Assembly (NCBI GenBank): GCA_905236715.1
Contig: CAJOMQ010000001.1
Span: 110,015 to 174,014, forward strand
From: an uncultured Bacilli bacterium
GTDB lineage: Bacteria > Bacillota_I > Bacilli_A > RFN20 > CAG-826
Direction of reading: 5' to 3'
Length of the DNA: 64,000 bases
Part shown: in pieces, positions 60,183-64,000 of the stretch
Numbering within the stretch: position 1 is the stretch's first letter
Layout: every line of letters starts with the position of its first letter
Notes under the pieces: model-generated
The model's database searches: none
Seen by the model: only the letters and a program-made list of their open reading frames with translations
What the model was told of the DNA's origin: nothing
Position numbers and translations under genes: made by a program

Positions 60183-61061
60183 ATGGACTTAAAAACTTTA
60201 AAATATTTTGTTATCGTCGCCGAAGAACTCAACATCACGCACGCTAGTAAGATGCTCATGATGTCTCAACCTCCTTTAAGTCATCAAATGAAAGCGCTGG
60301 AAGAAGAATTAGGGACGACATTATTTATTCGGGGAAAAAGAAAACTAACCTTAACTGAGGAAGGTAAATATTTATATTTAAAAGCGAAAGATATTCTCGG
60401 ATTAGTCGACAAAACCACCAGTGAAATACATAATATGAATATCGGCTTAACGGGAACGATATCGATTGGTCTCGTGGAAGGGACCGCTCCTGATATCGCC
60501 GCCAAATGGATTAGTGAATTTGTGAAAATATATCCCAACATTCATTTTCATGTCGTTGATGGCAATAGCGATGATCTCGTGGAAAAAATGCGCAGTGGTC
60601 TCATCTCTTTAGCGGTCATCACTTCTCCGATCGATGAAGTGTTATTAAATAAAATCAAAGTCGGTGAAGAACAAATGTCGGTATTCTTTAATAAAGGTCA
60701 CTTTTTATCTTCTATTAAAGATGAATATATCGATATTGCTCTTTTGCAAAACGAACCCCTGATCGTTCCCAGTCGAAAAGCGCATATCGATAAGATTAGA
60801 AAATGGTTTAAAAACCGCAATATTGAACCAAACATCATCTGTGAAATGGATAACTACCTCGACGCAGCGGCACTCGCCGGACGTGATGTCGGAATCAGCA
60901 TCTTCCCAAAAACCAGTTATGTTATCAATAGTTCGATCAATACTAAGTATATTAAAGACGTCGATGCCTCAATTCAATATTATTTCGTTTGGCGAAAAGG
61001 CCATCAACTATCCGTCATTGAAGAAAATTTTATTAGCTATATCAAAGCCCTAGCAATATAA
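60183..61061 (+). CDS. LysR-family transcriptional regulator
   Basis: The N-terminal HTH reads MDLKTLKYFVIVAEELNITHASKMLMMSQPPLSHQMKALEEELG. An ATG start at 60183 is preferred over the TTG at 60177. Confidence 0.85.
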   Translation: MDLKTLKYFVIVAEELNITHASKMLMMSQPPLSHQMKALEEELGTTLFIRGKRKLTLTEEGKYLYLKAKDILGLVDKTTSEIHNMNIGLTGTISIGLVEGTAPDIAAKWISEFVKIYPNIHFHVVDGNSDDLVEKMRSGLISLAVITSPIDEVLLNKIKVGEEQMSVFFNKGHFLSSIKDEYIDIALLQNEPLIVPSRKAHIDKIRKWFKNRNIEPNIICEMDNYLDAAALAGRDVGISIFPKTSYVINSSINTKYIKDVDASIQYYFVWRKGHQLSVIEENFISYIKALAI

Positions 61062-61100
61062 AGTCCCGCTGTTTTCATCTACCAACGCAAATGAAAATAA

Positions 61101-61415
61101 TTAACGCTCATAATCTTCAATACTGATAATTTGTGAATAAATATCTGTCTTTTGAAATTCTTCAAAATCTTTCACTTGTATGAAGTGACTTCTTTCTTTA
61201 CAAAGACACATAGGGGATAACCATCCATAGCCGTTAACAGCAACCGCTAATCGCTTTACTTGCATTAATCCGCGTTTAATTTTGTGTTCCACTAAGTCTT
61301 CATTTAATAATGTAGAAGCATAGTGATTAGGAAAATATTCTTTTAAAAAACTTTTCCATTTCTTTTCATCTTCCTTTGTTTTAATGTGTACAAAGGCATC
61401 TTTCCAATTTGTCAT
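61101..61415 (-). CDS. Hypothetical 104-aa cytoplasmic protein downstream of an attenuator-like leader
   Basis: It has the RBS AAGGAGGAA. No motif was recognised. Confidence 0.55.
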   Translation of the reverse strand: MTNWKDAFVHIKTKEDEKKWKSFLKEYFPNHYASTLLNEDLVEHKIKRGLMQVKRLAVAVNGYGWLSPMCLCKERSHFIQVKDFEEFQKTDIYSQIISIEDYER

Positions 61416-61611
61416 AAATTCCTCCTTAAATCACCATAAAGAGGAATTAAAAACTCCCATCGTGACGATAGGAGCATTAAGAGTTATATTGTTCCCATCG
61501 TTCAAGCTTTGGCACCCAACATGACTTGGGTTGTCGGTGGATCTCTGGGCTTGTCCCTAACCACACTCTTTATGGATGGTTTTATTATATCAATGAGTTA
61601 GCATTTTGCAA
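61416..61611 (-). promoter_or_regulatory. Extended -10 promoter plus ~120-nt structured leader with a terminator/antiterminator alternative (candidate riboswitch or attenuator)
   Basis: The promoter is TTGCAA (61611-61606), 16 nt, then TGaTATAAT (-10 at 61589-61584). The leader has two nested hairpins: GUGG..[GGGacaagCCC]..CCAC, and ACCCAAgucaugUUGGGU. The terminator is CUCCUAUCGucaCGAUGGGAG plus UUUUUAAUU (plus 61454-61474). A duplicated CGAUGGGA segment (plus 61491-61500) can pair with either the terminator's 5' arm or a 5'-proximal CCAUCC. Confidence 0.55.
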
Positions 61612-61713
61612 GATGAGAAAAATCACCACCACTTAGTGAACCTTATTCGATTTATCCTTAATACTTTGTATTAGTTTTTTCAAGGCACCTAACATAGATT
61701 GTTTCTCGTTGAA

Positions 61714-63327
61714 TTAGTTATTAACTTTTCTAATCATTTCAGCTACATTGATTGGCTTAACTAGTAATTGGGATCCATCTGGTGCTTTCGCTGTTTTGAA
61801 AACCGTGCTCCAAAAATCATAATTTTGTTTACCACCAAAAACTGTAGATGCCATACTCCTATCTTTCCAAATAGGCAAATCTCTCAGATTACAAATAAAT
61901 GTTCTAATGTTTTCCCAAAGGGCATCAGGTATTTTTTGCATAAATAAATTTTCATCATCATACATTTCGCCAGAGTAAACGAAATGATTTTTGATTAATA
62001 ACTCTAAATACTTTATCCAGTTGTACATTATTTCTTCTTTGAACAAGCGGTATGCAATTAAGTGTTCATCTGGAATGAAATCACCTTTGCCAGAAGAAAT
62101 ATTATTCTCGATTTTATAAGTACCTATTTCATCATCGAATCTCCCAATCAATAATTCTTCGGCAATGATATTGCAAAGATTGATGAGCTGCTCTCTTTCG
62201 AGTACTCTAGGGTTCATTCCTTCTTCTACTCTATAATTGATTGGTGTTTTTAAAATAGTTTTCGCATTTACAAATGTAGATAAAAACGTCTTCTCAAAAG
62301 TACTATATGACAACGGTAGTGCATTACCTCTGCCTTCAAAGTTAATAAAAGATCCCAATTTATTATCTGAACTTCTTGTAATTCCATTCTTTTGACTATT
62401 AATAACATACACCTTGCATTTTTCGCCTTTAAAGTAATTAACAAGGTTATCTTCAGAGAATGATAAATTATCCTCATCTAAGAAATGATCTTTTTGATAT
62501 TTTCTAATTCTTTCAGCGTATAAAACATCATGCAATTGTCTGACAATTGATTTATCAAAAGCTATTTGTTTAAGTTTGCTGCCAGCATTGGTGTTTGTTT
62601 CAATAAGTCTATCAACATCAGGGTTAACGAATAATCTGATTACTAATTCTCGTACGCCAAGCATTAGTTGTGCGACTGCTTTGTGTTGACCGTCGAAAAT
62701 CATAATTTTCCCATCACAGATTCTCGCTAAACTTAAATGCAATTGAGGATTTGGTTTATGAAACTCTTTTATTAACAAAGAAATTGAACTATTGATACCT
62801 CCTGGATTGATGAATTCATCGTGATAAATGTATTCAATAGGGACGCGAATAAAGCATGTCTGTTCACCAGATAGCACATCAACAAAGACTTCGGCGGTTC
62901 TTATAGTATCATCGCCAATATCGGAAAAAGCATACTTTATAAGACCATTTTCAATTTTAAATTTAAAATTAAATTTAGAGCCACCAAATGCAGATAACAC
63001 ATGTTTTAAAGATGGAGTCTGTTTATTTTCTTCGGCTTTTTGAATAATCTCATCAAGTTTGGCCAACTTTTTAGCAACCACTAAATCGGCATCTTTTTTC
63101 GATTTATCACAATGCTCGTGTGTTAAGCCAAAATTAGTCACATCATCCTTTCCACCATTTACAAGCGGTTTAATATGATCAACATTGACATTGTTTATTT
63201 CTAAATCGATTTCTTTTTCACAAATAAAACACTTGTGATTTTGAATATCCCATAATTGCTTAACAAGGCTTTTGTATTGGTCTTTGTTAAGACTGTCTAA
63301 AAATTTTGAATTACCCATAATTCTCAC
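61714..63327 (-). CDS. HNH endonuclease fused to a DGQHR (DndB-like) domain protein
   Basis: The N-terminal HNH motif reads CFICEKEIDLEINNVNVDHIKPLVNGGKDDVTNFGLTHEHCDKSKK. The central motif FDGQHKAVAQL matches the DGQHR signature of DndB-like, ParB-related domains. The ORF is 537 aa and has its own promoter and an RBS (GGTGAG). Confidence 0.7.
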   Translation of the reverse strand: MRIMGNSKFLDSLNKDQYKSLVKQLWDIQNHKCFICEKEIDLEINNVNVDHIKPLVNGGKDDVTNFGLTHEHCDKSKKDADLVVAKKLAKLDEIIQKAEENKQTPSLKHVLSAFGGSKFNFKFKIENGLIKYAFSDIGDDTIRTAEVFVDVLSGEQTCFIRVPIEYIYHDEFINPGGINSSISLLIKEFHKPNPQLHLSLARICDGKIMIFDGQHKAVAQLMLGVRELVIRLFVNPDVDRLIETNTNAGSKLKQIAFDKSIVRQLHDVLYAERIRKYQKDHFLDEDNLSFSEDNLVNYFKGEKCKVYVINSQKNGITRSSDNKLGSFINFEGRGNALPLSYSTFEKTFLSTFVNAKTILKTPINYRVEEGMNPRVLEREQLINLCNIIAEELLIGRFDDEIGTYKIENNISSGKGDFIPDEHLIAYRLFKEEIMYNWIKYLELLIKNHFVYSGEMYDDENLFMQKIPDALWENIRTFICNLRDLPIWKDRSMASTVFGGKQNYDFWSTVFKTAKAPDGSQLLVKPINVAEMIRKVNN

Positions 63328-63565
63328 CTTTACTATTAATTATATTAATTATAAAGTAAAGACAAATTAGATGCAAAACCATAACAATCATGCGATTTTT
63401 AGAAAGGCTTCAATTTTCCGTCAATATCAAAGACGGATTCCTTCTTTTCAACCATATCCCCCGGAAGGAAAAATGCCCCCAGCAAGAATTTATCCCCTAG
63501 TATTTTTAAGTCTTTCAATTTATAAGCTAAATTTGCTCGAACTCTCGGTCTGATTTCTTCAAAGC

Positions 63566-63594
63566 ACAAAAAAAGAGATGACTTAATCATCTCA
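63566..63594 (-). terminator. Intrinsic terminator after the PLD-like gene
   Basis: A GAGATGAttaagTCATCTC hairpin followed by TTTTTTT on the minus strand. Confidence 0.7.
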
Positions 63595-63638
63595 ACAACT
63601 GGAACTTTAGACCAATTGATACATAAAACCTTGGTAAT

Positions 63639-64000
63639 TTATTTGTCAATCTTTTCAGTAATAGCGTGTAAGATGCTTTCATCCTCAATCAAAGTAATCG
63701 CAAATGCTTTGCTACCAGCGTAGTTAAGCGAGGTTCCAAGATGGTACAAAAGCACACCATCAATGATAATGAATCTATCATGCCACATTTCGGTATAATG
63801 CAGAAACAATCCACCATATTCTTTATTAAATGAATCAACATCATCTTGGGACAATTTAGATTTTGAAGAAATAAATAGATCGATAGTAGCATTATCTTTT
63901 TTGGTTTTGAGATAATCTAATGCCTTTAAGTCTGCATAAGCATCTATCAAAGTTATTGTTTTATGAGCCTTAGAAAACAACTGTTTAAGAAAACTTCTCG
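63639..64000 (-). CDS. PLD-family (HxR..D..GTSxN) nuclease-like protein, C-terminal part only (the gene continues beyond the window end)
   Basis: The reading frame is open to the window edge. The C-terminal HKD-like motif is WHDRFIIIDGVLLYHLGTSLN (H-x-R-x4-D-x7-G-T-S-x-N). Confidence 0.5.
   Translation of the reverse strand, partial: RSFLKQLFSKAHKTITLIDAYADLKALDYLKTKKDNATIDLFISSKSKLSQDDVDSFNKEYGGLFLHYTEMWHDRFIIIDGVLLYHLGTSLNYAGSKAFAITLIEDESILHAITEKIDK

Noticed and set aside
63371-63590. Small ORFs 63371..63553 (+) and 63399..63590 (-) between the PLD-like gene terminator and the HNH-DGQHR promoter
   Set aside because: They overlap each other, have no RBS, and coincide with promoter and terminator elements. 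They may be remnants of a degraded gene but are not supportable as CDS.
1-64000. CRISPR arrays, transposases, integrases, rRNA and tRNA genes
   Set aside because: None was found. The only short tandem repeats are the 9-mer iterons at 54199-54249 and low-complexity codon repeats inside the lipoprotein genes.

Overview
This 64 kb window comes from a low-GC (~35%) Firmicute chromosome that uses the standard genetic code, because long housekeeping ORFs read through without in-frame TGA. It is gene-dense and about 85% minus-strand. The first 27 kb is a conserved core block: aspS (partial) and hisS, rel, an ABC exporter pair, recJ, secDF, ruvBA, nadE, obg, a GT2 glycosyltransferase, rpmA-prp-rplU, radC, valS with a T-box leader, engB, lon and tig. 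It keeps Bacillus-like synteny, except that dtd and the hisS T-box are absent and a glycosyltransferase replaces spo0B. The middle of the window (27-53 kb) holds metabolic and envelope genes: tsaC, a multidomain flavodiiron-rubredoxin with a flavodoxin, pepC, TetR and GAF proteins, several unknown membrane proteins and a PTP-like phosphatase. It also holds two paralogous lipoproteins with acidic Ser-rich linkers, a MacB-like fused ABC transporter split by a frameshift, a lipase-like lipoprotein, an Rrf2 (CymR-like) regulator with cysK, a GltS-family symporter, an acyltransferase and a LicD-family protein. I judge two accessory patches to be the most interesting. The first (53.1-57.1 kb) has a decayed DUF389 gene, a MarR-like regulator preceded by four TTTAGTGTT direct repeats, an unknown 198-aa protein behind a structured leader with a terminator, a small HAD-like phosphatase and an ADP-ribosylglycohydrolase. 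The second (61.1-64.0 kb) has a promoter, structured leader and terminator attenuator in front of a 104-aa protein, then an HNH endonuclease fused to a DndB-like DGQHR domain, then a PLD-like (HxR..D) nuclease gene that runs off the window; this looks like a defence-island edge. pyrG-glnA are translationally coupled between the two patches. I found no rRNA, tRNA, CRISPR array or obvious transposase. All calls rest on reading the translations and DNA by eye, with no database searches.
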